Source: Sulfurovum sp.
Lineage (GTDB): Bacteria > Campylobacterota > Campylobacteria > Campylobacterales > Sulfurovaceae
Length of the DNA: 48,887 bases
Direction: 5' to 3'
NCBI GenBank assembly: GCA_026996325.1
Contig: JALWLU010000079.1
Coordinates: 1 to 48,887, forward strand
A model generated the notes under the pieces. The model did not search any database. It worked only from the letters and a program-made list of their open reading frames with translations, and was not told the origin of the DNA. Positions 1-9,100 of this stretch are shown here, piece after piece; within the stretch, counting starts at the first letter, position 1; each line of letters begins with the position of its first letter. Both the position numbers and the translations under genes were made by a program.

Positions 1-170
1 TTGGACATCTTTTTTACAACCCATCTGTAGATAATCCCTTTTTAACTCCCATAGTACCGGGCTTTGCTTAGGTTTTTAGCAACCCGTTTCTTTACTTTAA
101 CTCCAAAATGACATCTTTTCTCCGTTTTTTTGGCTCTATCCGCTATAATTTATGTTGCATAAGAAACCTC

Positions 171-463
171 GGAACCGAAGTTTTATTGGAATGTATGCCC
201 TTGGGTATAACTTCGGCCTGAAGTGGAATTGTAGAAGAACGTGATGCGGAGCTATCCCACAAAGGGATATAACTGTGATAAAGCCGCCGATTCCTGAAGT
301 CTTGGAACCGAAAGCTTTAGCTTCGGAAAAACGCTGAATTTCAAAAAGCGTAAAGCGGGACTGAAGTCTCCGACTCCAAAGGATTTGGACCCGAAGTTTT
401 AGCGAAGTGTATGCCTTTAGGTGCAGCTTCGGCAAAACGCTGAATATAACAAGCGTAATGCGG
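171..463. repeat. BIME-like cluster of GGAA/GGAG-type REP-like palindromes upstream of recG
   Basis: Alternating unit A GGAACCGAAG-TTTTA-(A/G)CTTCGG (171-216, 304-326, 387-432) and inverted unit B GCGGGGC-TAAAGC-CTCCGA(C/T)TCC-like (246-294, 355-377); same units recur at 11300-11549 and 12257-12589. Confidence 0.85.
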
Positions 464-486
464 ATTAATGATATAAAAGGAAGAGA

Positions 487-2313
487 ATGGAAGAGGCCAA
501 GGCACTGTTCAAGAAGCTGAAGATCTATTCGTTGCTCGATCTGGCGCTGATCGTTCCTGCTTCCTACAACGACATGACACTGAGTGAAACGCTGGAGGTT
601 GGCAAGGTCTGTACCGTAGAAGCCAAGGTGATCGACAGCAGTGTCTACAACGGCAAGCTTCGTGTCAACTTTCAGCTGACACGTTTCGGGCGCAGGCTCT
701 CTTCGACCTTTTTTCGCACCACCCCCTACCACTACAAACTCTTTGAACCCGGCAGCAGTCATGTCATTCAAGGCAGACTCGATGAGTATCGCGGTTATCT
801 TCAGATGCCGCAGCCCCGCTCCATAAACAAGGTGGGTACCGTCACACCTAAATACAAAACCGTTCTTAAAGAGAGTGAGATACGTGCACTGATAGAAGCC
901 TACATTACAGAGAAGAACCTTTTTGACGAGGGGCTCGACTCCAAAGAGGTTGCTGTGCTGATGCACATTCATTTCCCCAATGCACTGGAGGAGGTCTACA
1001 AAGAGGGAGTTTTCAAGCCGGAGTTTGTACAGGTACTCAAGTTCGTTGAAGCCTATAACCATCTCAAAAAGCTGCGTGGCAAGCGCATCGACTTTCCTGC
1101 CATGGCAGCACTGAACGGTTCCATTGGGAAGTTTGTGAACACTCTGCCCTTTACACTTACTGTTGAGCAGCAGCAGGTAATTGCCCAAATACGCAGCGAT
1201 CTAAGCAATGAAAAAAGAGCTGCACGGCGCATGGTGGTCGGTGATGTGGGTTCGGGCAAGACGATGGTCATACTGGCCGCAGCCATGACGGCACTGCCGC
1301 ACAGAAGCATTCTGATGGCACCTACTTCGCTGCTGGCACTGCAACTTTATGAAGAGGCTTGTAAACATCTGCCCAAAAGTGTAAAGACTGCACTGGTGAT
1401 GCAGGGGCATGATGAAGGAGACTACCGCGAAGCGGATTTTATCATCGGTACCCATGCGCTGCTCTACAAAGAGGATCTTCCCAAAGCGCCGCTAGTGATG
1501 GTAGACGAGCAACACCGTTTCGGTACCAAACAGCGTCAGATGCTCGAAGCGTTGATGGACACAGGAGAAGATAACAGACCTCATTACATCCAGTTCTCTG
1601 CTACGCCTATCCCGCGTACACAGGCGATGATGGAGAGCGAACTGATCGATGTGAGTCTCATTACCACTACACCGTTTGAGAGAGAAGTTGAAACGAAAGT
1701 GATAGGACGTCCGGAGTTTCCTGCCCTTCTGGAACATATCAAGGAGGAGCTATCGCAAAATCATCAGGTGCTCATTGTCTATCCGCTGGTAGAGGAGAGT
1801 ACGGAGATCCCCTACCAGTCACTTGAAGAGAGCAGAGGGTTTTGGGAGGAGCGTTTCGAGAATGTCTATGTAACGCATGGCAAGGATAGGGAGAAAGAGG
1901 AGACGCTGCTGAAGTTTAGAGAGAAGGGCAGTATCCTCCTGGCAACGACGGTAGTGGAGGTGGGTATCTCTCTGCCGCGTCTGACTCTCATTGTGATAGT
2001 TGGGGCAGAGCGTCTCGGTCTTGCCACACTGCACCAGCTGAGAGGCAGGGTAGGGCGTAACGGTCTTCAGAGCTGGTGTTACCTCTTCAGCAACAAACCA
2101 CAAAATGAACGTCTGCAGAAATTCTGTGAAACCACCAACGGTTTCGACATTGCAAAGCTCGATCTTAAGTTTCGTGACAGCGGTGACATCATCGACGGTA
2201 CCATACAGAGCGGACAGAAGTTCAAATGGCTCGATATGGCGGAAGATGAAGCGGTGATAGAGAGGGCGAAGGTGCGTCTTCGGAATATGGAAAAATTAAA
2301 AATTAAAAATTAA
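487..2313 (+). CDS. recG: ATP-dependent DNA helicase RecG
   Basis: GDVGSGKT Walker A, DEQHRFG, SATPIPRT and LHQLRGRVGR motifs; AAGGAAG RBS. Confidence 0.97.
   Translation: MEEAKALFKKLKIYSLLDLALIVPASYNDMTLSETLEVGKVCTVEAKVIDSSVYNGKLRVNFQLTRFGRRLSSTFFRTTPYHYKLFEPGSSHVIQGRLDEYRGYLQMPQPRSINKVGTVTPKYKTVLKESEIRALIEAYITEKNLFDEGLDSKEVAVLMHIHFPNALEEVYKEGVFKPEFVQVLKFVEAYNHLKKLRGKRIDFPAMAALNGSIGKFVNTLPFTLTVEQQQVIAQIRSDLSNEKRAARRMVVGDVGSGKTMVILAAAMTALPHRSILMAPTSLLALQLYEEACKHLPKSVKTALVMQGHDEGDYREADFIIGTHALLYKEDLPKAPLVMVDEQHRFGTKQRQMLEALMDTGEDNRPHYIQFSATPIPRTQAMMESELIDVSLITTTPFEREVETKVIGRPEFPALLEHIKEELSQNHQVLIVYPLVEESTEIPYQSLEESRGFWEERFENVYVTHGKDREKEETLLKFREKGSILLATTVVEVGISLPRLTLIVIVGAERLGLATLHQLRGRVGRNGLQSWCYLFSNKPQNERLQKFCETTNGFDIAKLDLKFRDSGDIIDGTIQSGQKFKWLDMAEDEAVIERAKVRLRNMEKLKIKN
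2291..2311 (+). repeat. Heptamer tandem repeat (AAAAATT)x3 forming the last codons of recG
   Basis: Three exact copies at 2291, 2298 and 2305, encoding the KLKIKN tail. Confidence 0.8.
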
Positions 2314-2326
2314 ACAAAATATCATC

Positions 2327-2355
2327 TTTACATCATTACATCAGTATGATATAAT
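2327..2355 (+). promoter_or_regulatory. Sigma70-type promoter of TA module 0
   Basis: TTTACA (2327-2332), 17 nt, TATAAT (2350-2355) with extended TG; TACATCA direct repeats overlap it (possible autoregulatory operator). Confidence 0.7.
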
Positions 2356-2374
2356 GCAATTAAAAAGGATTTCC

Positions 2375-2599
2375 ATGTCAGTACGTACAACGGTATCGAT
2401 CGAAGATGATCTTTTAAAGCTGCTCAAGCTCAAGGCGGTGGAGACATCGCGCAGTGTCTCCGACCTTCTGAACGAACTGATCAAGGAGTCGTTTCGTGAG
2501 GACAGTGAGGATCTCAAAGCGTTCTACGAGCGGGAAAAAGAGGATAGCATCAGCTTTGAAGCATTCCTGAAAGAGCTTGAAGCCGATGGCAGACTATAG
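2375..2599 (+). CDS. Ribbon-helix-helix (CopG-like) antitoxin
   Basis: ATG 2375 after AAGGAT; RTTVSIEDDLLKLLK RHH pattern; acidic C-terminus with ISFEAFLKEL; overlaps the toxin start. Confidence 0.85.
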   Translation: MSVRTTVSIEDDLLKLLKLKAVETSRSVSDLLNELIKESFREDSEDLKAFYEREKEDSISFEAFLKELEADGRL

Positions 2600-2849
2600 C
2601 ATCGAGATCAAAAAGTCTGCGGCAAAAGAGATACGCAGACTTCCCAACGATGTATTGAAAAGGATCCTGTCCAAAATTGAGTCGCTTCAGAACGATCCCC
2701 GTCCGGCAGGATGCAAGAAGCTCTCATGCGACGAGAAGTATCGCATCAGGGTTGGTGTCTACAGGATTGTTTACAGGATAGAAGAGAAAAAGCTAATCGT
2801 CTATGTGGTAAAGGTGGGACAACGAAGAGAAGTGTATGAAAAGCGTTAA
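2586..2849 (+). CDS. RelE/ParE-family toxin
   Basis: YSIEIKKSAAKEIRRL...KKLS...YRIRVGVYRIVY...VVKVGQRREVY, typical RelE pattern. Confidence 0.92.
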   Translation: MADYSIEIKKSAAKEIRRLPNDVLKRILSKIESLQNDPRPAGCKKLSCDEKYRIRVGVYRIVYRIEEKKLIVYVVKVGQRREVYEKR

Positions 2850-2854
2850 GTGGC

Positions 2855-2885
2855 TAAACGCTCAGCGCCAAACGCTGAACGCTGT
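2855..2885 (-). repeat. Degenerate heptamer tandem repeat (CTAAACG/CTCAGCG/CCAAACG/CTGAACG on + strand)
   Basis: Four consecutive 7-mers between the RelE stop and the convergent hpf stop. Confidence 0.65.
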
Positions 2886-2888
2886 TTC

Positions 2889-3422
2889 CTAATAGAGCCC
2901 GAACTTTCCATCGGCTCTTTTGTACATGACGCGCATATTGCCGTCGTAGTCGTTGAAGACGATGAACTGGCGCTTCTTCTCCGCTTTGAGCGCTTCAATG
3001 GCTTCATCGAAATCGAGCGGCTTGTGAAGTTCGAGATCCATGGGGACGATCTCGATATCTTCCGCGTCTATGTCCGTTACTGCTTCAGCCTCTTCTCCGA
3101 GGTCGGCAAAGCTGTTGACTTTGTGGTTTTTTATCTTGTCCGCATGGCGTCTGAGTGACTTTTTGACACGCTCTGCACCCAGGTCGAGTGCGGCGTAGAC
3201 ATCTTTGTTGTGTTCGGTGATGACGATGGTGTTTTTGTCTTTGAGGTTGACCAGAATCTCTACACTAAAGCCTTTCTTCCCGTTCTTTTCATCCGCTGAA
3301 ATGACGACACTTCCTGAAATGATGTCGAGGTTGTACTTGTTAAATCCGTCAAGCAGCGCTTCCGCGTACGCTTTGATGGCATCCGTCAGCTCGAAATGTC
3401 GACCGGTAATACTTTTATTCAT
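2889..3422 (-). CDS. hpf: Ribosome hibernation promoting factor (long HPF/RaiA family)
   Basis: ITGRHFELTDAIKAY, DVYAALD and C-terminal EAIEAL...FIVF...VMYKRADGKFGL. Confidence 0.93.
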   Translation of the reverse strand: MNKSITGRHFELTDAIKAYAEALLDGFNKYNLDIISGSVVISADEKNGKKGFSVEILVNLKDKNTIVITEHNKDVYAALDLGAERVKKSLRRHADKIKNHKVNSFADLGEEAEAVTDIDAEDIEIVPMDLELHKPLDFDEAIEALKAEKKRQFIVFNDYDGNMRVMYKRADGKFGLY

Positions 3423-3523
3423 GATAGATCCTTTAGTGTTGAAGTATAAAGAAGCGTTACGCTTTCTTTATACTTAATTGTAACTTAAGAAACTTAATGA
3501 GGGGTAAATAGAGCCTCAGGAAA

Positions 3524-4177
3524 TCAGTTAGCCGTCACATAACCGGTTTCTTTTGAAATCGTGAAAACAAGCGGTGTGATATCACTTGATGAAAAGGTGA
3601 ATGTGATGATGCAGTCCGAGTTGACATAGGTAGCATAATCGTTGCCTGCAGTACTGATACCGCGATGCGGTCTGCCAAGATGGTCAAACGCAATATGTTT
3701 TGCGGTGGTACCTGTTGCTCTGGCAATACTGCAGTTGCTGAAGGAGACATCGTTAATGCCATACCTGTCCGAAATAAAGATATTGGAACTTTCATCACTT
3801 GCCTGATTGGAAGGATCATTGTTGTACATATACTTTCCGTTTGCAGGATCGACAGCAGCTTCGACTTTGTCTATACTGGTTCCATGGTCACGATTGGTGC
3901 CTATTGTATAGCTCCATGTGCTGTCAGCCGCTTTTTCTGTAAAACGGATCTGCCAGAACGTTTTTTGCCAGTCTGTTCGGGAGGGATCGACCTTGTTGTC
4001 CATCAGGGCCAGATGCTGGGTATAGCGAAATGCCGAAAGCAGGTTGTTGCGTGCCTCCTGCCTAAGATCTCTGTCCATTCGTGGCAGAGCGAGTGCAGCC
4101 AGGATGCCGAGTACCACAATGACAAATACCAGCTCAAGCATGGTGAAGGCGGCTTTTGTTTTATGTAAGTGTTTCAT
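3524..4177 (-). CDS. Type IV prepilin-like protein, MshC/FimT-like minor pilin
   Basis: A|FTMLELVFVIVVLGILAALALPR N-methylation motif; FDHLGRP; C-terminal ETGYV. Confidence 0.85.
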   Translation of the reverse strand: MKHLHKTKAAFTMLELVFVIVVLGILAALALPRMDRDLRQEARNNLLSAFRYTQHLALMDNKVDPSRTDWQKTFWQIRFTEKAADSTWSYTIGTNRDHGTSIDKVEAAVDPANGKYMYNNDPSNQASDESSNIFISDRYGINDVSFSNCSIARATGTTAKHIAFDHLGRPHRGISTAGNDYATYVNSDCIITFTFSSSDITPLVFTISKETGYVTAN

Positions 4178-4620
4178 ATTTTTTGCAAGCTCCTTCGTCT
4201 GTAATGCATTCTTGGGGCGGGATCGACAGGATGGTCAAGTATCGGATAGCTGACATCTACATCTACGATAATATTCAATGGAGAGTTAGGTGTCGTTACA
4301 CTTGTTGAAAGGACATTCGCACATGAGGCATCAAGTGTTGTTGCTGTATTGGCAATGTAGGAGATATTGACATCAATACTGTATATGCCATAATCTCCAT
4401 GGATACTGTTCAGACAGTTACTGCTGTTGTGCTCATTGCCGGTAACAGCAAGTATGGCATATTCAGTGTAGCTTTTTGCCAGCAGCATCGACTGTTCACG
4501 TTGAAACTGTACAGTAGTACTCTGAACCATTTTCCCTGACAGGCTGACAATGAAACCTGCTACCGTTGCCATGATAATAATGACAAATACAGCTGTGATA
4601 ATTGAAAATGCTTCTCTCAT
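4174..4620 (-). CDS. Prepilin-like protein, MshP/PilX-like (no Glu5)
   Basis: A|FSIITAVFVIIIMA hydrophobic N-terminus; QSMLLAKSYTEYA resembles the PilX/MshP helix; overlaps both neighbours. Confidence 0.75.
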   Translation of the reverse strand: MREAFSIITAVFVIIIMATVAGFIVSLSGKMVQSTTVQFQREQSMLLAKSYTEYAILAVTGNEHNSSNCLNSIHGDYGIYSIDVNISYIANTATTLDASCANVLSTSVTTPNSPLNIIVDVDVSYPILDHPVDPAPRMHYRRRSLQKI

Positions 4621-5453
4621 CAGAATACCGCCTTCTCTTTACAGGATGTGACGTTGATATCGATATCAAGACGCTCATTTTGACATATTTTGAATCGGAT
4701 GGTATTTCCGTCGCTTTTAAACTTGAATGTTGTCACGTTTTCCAATATGAGAGAGCGTGGTCTTTGATTGTAGAAGGCCGTGGAGGTAGAGGACGGGATC
4801 GTCGGTGTGAAATTATAGTAGAGATAGAGGTTTCCGTCAGTAGGGTCTACCACAAGCGCATAGGATGACCAGGCGAGCTTGTAGTGTTCATCTATATGGG
4901 ATGTGTTGGCATCGAGTGTGACTGTTGCCGTCGTGCCGCTTCCGTAGTTTGCCACAGAACTGCTGTCGTAAGGAAAGAAGAGTGCAAATTTTCCGGTTGT
5001 ATTCCCCAGATTCTGCTGGATAGTATTCGTAAGACTAAGGTTTGACCCTGGGGTTGATATGACTGTTCTAGAACTTGTGTTCACATCACAGAAACCACTC
5101 CATCCGGGTGTCAATGCTGTCTCATAGCTGTCTCCGTCACTACCGACCCACTGAAGTACGTTATAATCGCTGCCGGTTCTTGACATGGCAGATTCAAGAT
5201 GTTCTATAGTCCCACTCTCCGGATCAATTCTATAAACGGTACGAGGAATGGCGTAGCGAAGCCTGTTGGCAATTTGTGCAGCAGCAAGTTCCGTTTTTAT
5301 GGAAGCACGGTACTGGGACCGCTCTACGATATAGCTTTCATACACCTGTGCGATCAGCTCTGAAGCAATTGAAGCAACGATACCCAGTACTATAATGACA
5401 AACACCACCTCAACCATGGTGAATGCCTGTTTGAATGCATCTGTTCTCTTCAT
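4620..5453 (-). CDS. Type IV prepilin-like protein, MshO/PilW-like
   Basis: A|FTMVEVVFVIIVLGIV; IANRLRYAIPRTV resembles MshO RELRxAVPNSV; ENVTTFKF. Confidence 0.82.
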   Translation of the reverse strand: MKRTDAFKQAFTMVEVVFVIIVLGIVASIASELIAQVYESYIVERSQYRASIKTELAAAQIANRLRYAIPRTVYRIDPESGTIEHLESAMSRTGSDYNVLQWVGSDGDSYETALTPGWSGFCDVNTSSRTVISTPGSNLSLTNTIQQNLGNTTGKFALFFPYDSSSVANYGSGTTATVTLDANTSHIDEHYKLAWSSYALVVDPTDGNLYLYYNFTPTIPSSTSTAFYNQRPRSLILENVTTFKFKSDGNTIRFKICQNERLDIDINVTSCKEKAVF

Positions 5454-6148
5454 TAAAAATCCCTATAAACCAGTTCGTAGCTTCCAATATTGCAACTGAA
5501 AGCCTGCAGAGTGATCGTTTTGTTCATCTCTTCCGAACTTTTGGTGACATCACTCGTCAGTGTAACGGTAATTGCTTTAATGTTCGTAGACGTAGCACCT
5601 GCCCCAAAGGGGTTATAGGTAATGTCGTTTTGATCATACCCGCCTACAGTATCGGAAGCATAGACCACCGCTGTGTTGATATTGATACTCTCTTTTTCAA
5701 TATAGTCCGATTTTGCCGTCTCAACAAGCGTCAGGTTAATATCGCCGATAAAATCGTCGATATCATCGGAATCACCTCCGTCAGACCCTAATGTCGAGGA
5801 GGCAAACAGAGTGCCGGTTCCGTCTGAACGTATAAACGATCGGGAGGAGAGAGGAGGCATTCCTTTACGCTTACCGGTAGAGCCTATTTCATTCAGGTCA
5901 GGGGCACCGTTGGTGACATGAAGAATGGGGGCATTGTAGAGAGGGTCGGCATCGTTTTCATCCCACGGATAACTCATAATCATATTCATTCTGGTAGCTG
6001 CCTCGTTAATGGCTTCCTGTTGCACTGCAACATATCCGCTTTTTACCGATGTCTGTATGAGCAACGGTGCAGACATCAGTACGATTCCTATGACAACAAT
6101 AGCGAAGATGAGCTCAATCATCGCAATGGCTGGACGAAGTTTCTGCAT
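5453..6148 (-). CDS. Type IV prepilin-like protein, MshD/PilV-like
   Basis: A|IAMIELIFAIVVIGIV; YPWDEN and DDIDDF resemble MshD FDEN and DDVDDY motifs. Confidence 0.8.
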   Translation of the reverse strand: MQKLRPAIAMIELIFAIVVIGIVLMSAPLLIQTSVKSGYVAVQQEAINEAATRMNMIMSYPWDENDADPLYNAPILHVTNGAPDLNEIGSTGKRKGMPPLSSRSFIRSDGTGTLFASSTLGSDGGDSDDIDDFIGDINLTLVETAKSDYIEKESININTAVVYASDTVGGYDQNDITYNPFGAGATSTNIKAITVTLTSDVTKSSEEMNKTITLQAFSCNIGSYELVYRDF

Positions 6149-9100
6149 TTACCAACCTACTCTTTTGTTTTTGTGTGTATCCGCATTGTCGTTGACAACA
6201 TGGCCAGTTTCACCTTCTCCTGCCCATCCGCTTGTGCCGATAAATCTTACACGGTAGAACGGTGAAGGAACAGTGCTGTTGAATTCATTGTAAATCAGCC
6301 ATCTGTCTGTATGCACGGTATTTGGATAGAGCAGCAGTTCAACAGGTACGGTCATTGGCAGTGTCGGGTTGCTTCCCCTGTCGACGAAAAGTGTATTGTT
6401 CTCTCCATTGGAAGCGTTGATCGCCACACTGGAACTGCTAAGATAAGGTGATCCGGAACCCTCAGTCAGCGTACCGATGGCAAGACCGATACTTCCGTCA
6501 CCGTCACTTGTATTGTGGTCTACGGCTTTCCACCACTGTATTTCATTGCTCTGCAGATTCAGTCCACGTGCATTACAGCCGCTTAGTCCAAGACCACCGG
6601 CTGTAACAGGGGTGGCATCGCAGTAGACAACTACCGAAACAGGTGTCGTTGCTGACGATGTGACAATATTGTCATAGAACGCCTGGGCAGGTTTGAGTCT
6701 TCCATAGTAGAAGTGGACACGCTGGTCTATCTCCAGCAAGCCGTATATTTTGTGGTCTGGAATCATGTCTACAGCTATATCCGGTTTGTTCGCATTGCTG
6801 AGATTCATATCTCCAAAGAGGATGCGGACAGGGTTGAGAGGAATATTGATATAACGGTCAAAGTTGTATCCAAGATCCATAAAGATTGCCCCCTGCATAT
6901 CGCGCCTGAAGTTGGCGGCATTCTGGGTGACAACACTGTCTGCGGCGATGGCGAGACTATTGTCTTCTCTTGGGAGTATGATGTCTGTCTGGTCACTCTC
7001 GTTGGTGTCGATGAGATCATAACGCCAGGTATAGAGTGACGATACCGGGTCCATAAAGGTATGGCTCAGGTTCATATCAACCGGATCGGCATAACAGCTG
7101 TCTACATAGTTTGTCAACTGCTGGCCGGTATAGCTTTGCGCAAAGAATTTCCCCTGAATGTTAAAGGACATGTTCTCATCAACCGGTGTGCCGGAACTTG
7201 TGTAGTAGCCTTCCGGATAAGGTAGGGTTTGGCTCACGCTATTTATATAGACGACCGAACCGTTGGCGTCGCGCATTGAGGGTCCTGCTCCGTAAGACAA
7301 GCCGGAAACATTGTAGCTGTATGGATGGAATTCCAGTCTAAGCGGAATATAGGTTCTTCCCGTGTCATGGTCATTTGTTGTGACACACCCTTGAATGCTG
7401 TTTGTCCCTTCGTTCGCAGTTGCATTGCTGTCTTTTACACAGTCGGTTGCCGGAGTCCCGTCGGTAAAGAGCCAGGTGGAGGCAGTGGTATGGTGCGTCA
7501 GCAGTGCAGGGTCCCAGTCCGCACGTGTCCAGTTTTGATCGGAAAGAATGTAGGCATATTCCCCTACCTGTTCCACCGGGTCAGGAGTATATAGTTCAGG
7601 AACTGCCGCAATGAGGTTCGTTCCGTTGAACAGAACGGTATTTAGTGGTTTTCCGCTTGTATCGTTACAGCCCGATACTGTTCCCGAAGGACTCCACTCA
7701 CGTACGGACGGTCCGCTGTTGTCATTGTCAAAGATCATGAAGTATCGCGGTACGGCACTGTCGCTTCTGAAACTGCTGGCATTGATTTCGTAACGGTATT
7801 TGTAGCCTGCAGCAAGTTTGGTTGTATTGACCGTATGGGAGTCCGCCAACTCTATGGCTGTGGCAGTGGTACTGTTGTCTTCATTGGTGTCGTAAAGTTT
7901 GACAGAGAACGATTCCGGTCTGATGGAGAAGTTGTCTCTGGAGCATACGGGCGTACCGTAGAAGGCTCTCAGGCAGGAGTAACAGCTGTCATTGCCGCTG
8001 GCGACACCTATTGTACAGTCGGTCGTACAGTTGCCGTCAGGCCCTTCATGGGTTGCATAGTTGTCGGCATAGAGCGTTTCAAAACAGTCATTGTCGTACC
8101 GGTCTGTACAGTGGTGCTGGAGCACACTGCCATCCGGTTCTGAAAGGTACCAGGTTCGGAATGCTGTATTGCGAATGGCAACATTGTAGCGCAGTCCGCT
8201 CAAGTCTACCGAATAGGTATTGTTGAACGGCACGAAGAATGGCACTGTGATGTTCGAATCGGGGTTTGTACAGGTGAGATTGACATCGCGGCTAAAGAGC
8301 CCTGCATTGTAGAGTTCCACCTCAACTGTCGTATCGCTGTTCATCAGAGTTGTAAGATCGGCAGGGTCGTAACTGAACATTTTAACATCGAACGCTCTGT
8401 CGGCCACCTGAGTATTGAGGTTATATGGGGTGCCATCGCTGCTTGAGGTGTCGGAAATAACATTGAAGATGCCAAGTGCCGGGTAATAGCCACCGCTATT
8501 TCGGCAGATATCGTCCGGTCCAAACACCATAGCCTGCGGCGCAGGTCCTGAACCGTAATCGACTGTAAACTGTGCCCTGAGACTGAAGGTGGTGTCAACA
8601 CTGCCATTCAGGTCGTTTTCAAATTTTAAATAGACAGTCTGAAGCTCATCGATGCTTCCTCCTTTTCCTGGTGCAGCTCCGTCACCAATATACATACCGA
8701 ATCCCAAGGGGCTTTCGTCGAAGGTGAGTGCGGAAGCATCTGTATATCGGTAGACTCCATCAGGTGCAATCATTGTTGTACCTGGTATATACTGTGTCTG
8801 GTTGACATCGGCAATTGCATAGGAGATGTTAACATCATTGAGAACGAAATCGGCTTCGTTCGAGCGGATACTGATACGCGTTGTCATTGGAGTATTTGTA
8901 TAAATTCCAAGATTCGTGTTAATTTCGTTATCGGTTGAAGGAATGATGATGCCTCCGACGTCCAGCGTATAGTCGTAACAGAGAGTCGGACGGTAGAGTT
9001 CAACAGAGAATGCAAGCATTCCCGGAACAACATATTCCCTGGCCCACATGTTCAGATAGAATGCAGTCGTGTCCCGCGGAAAATCGCTAACAATACTGCT

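Noticed and set aside
1-24. Start of a minus-strand gene (MGCKKDVQ) running off the window
   Set aside because: A plausible AAGGGA RBS is present, but eight codons are too few to call.
171-463. CRISPR array interpretation of the GGAACCGAAG repeats (also 11300-11549 and 12257-12589)
   Set aside because: Units alternate in orientation and are degenerate, the spacers resemble each other, and no cas genes are present; REP/BIME fits better.
136-1188. 350-aa minus-strand ORF and other long antisense ORFs (e.g. 14107-16224, 30076-31053, 41013-42032, 47488-48405)
   Set aside because: Shadows of well-supported genes on the opposite strand, with no motifs of their own.
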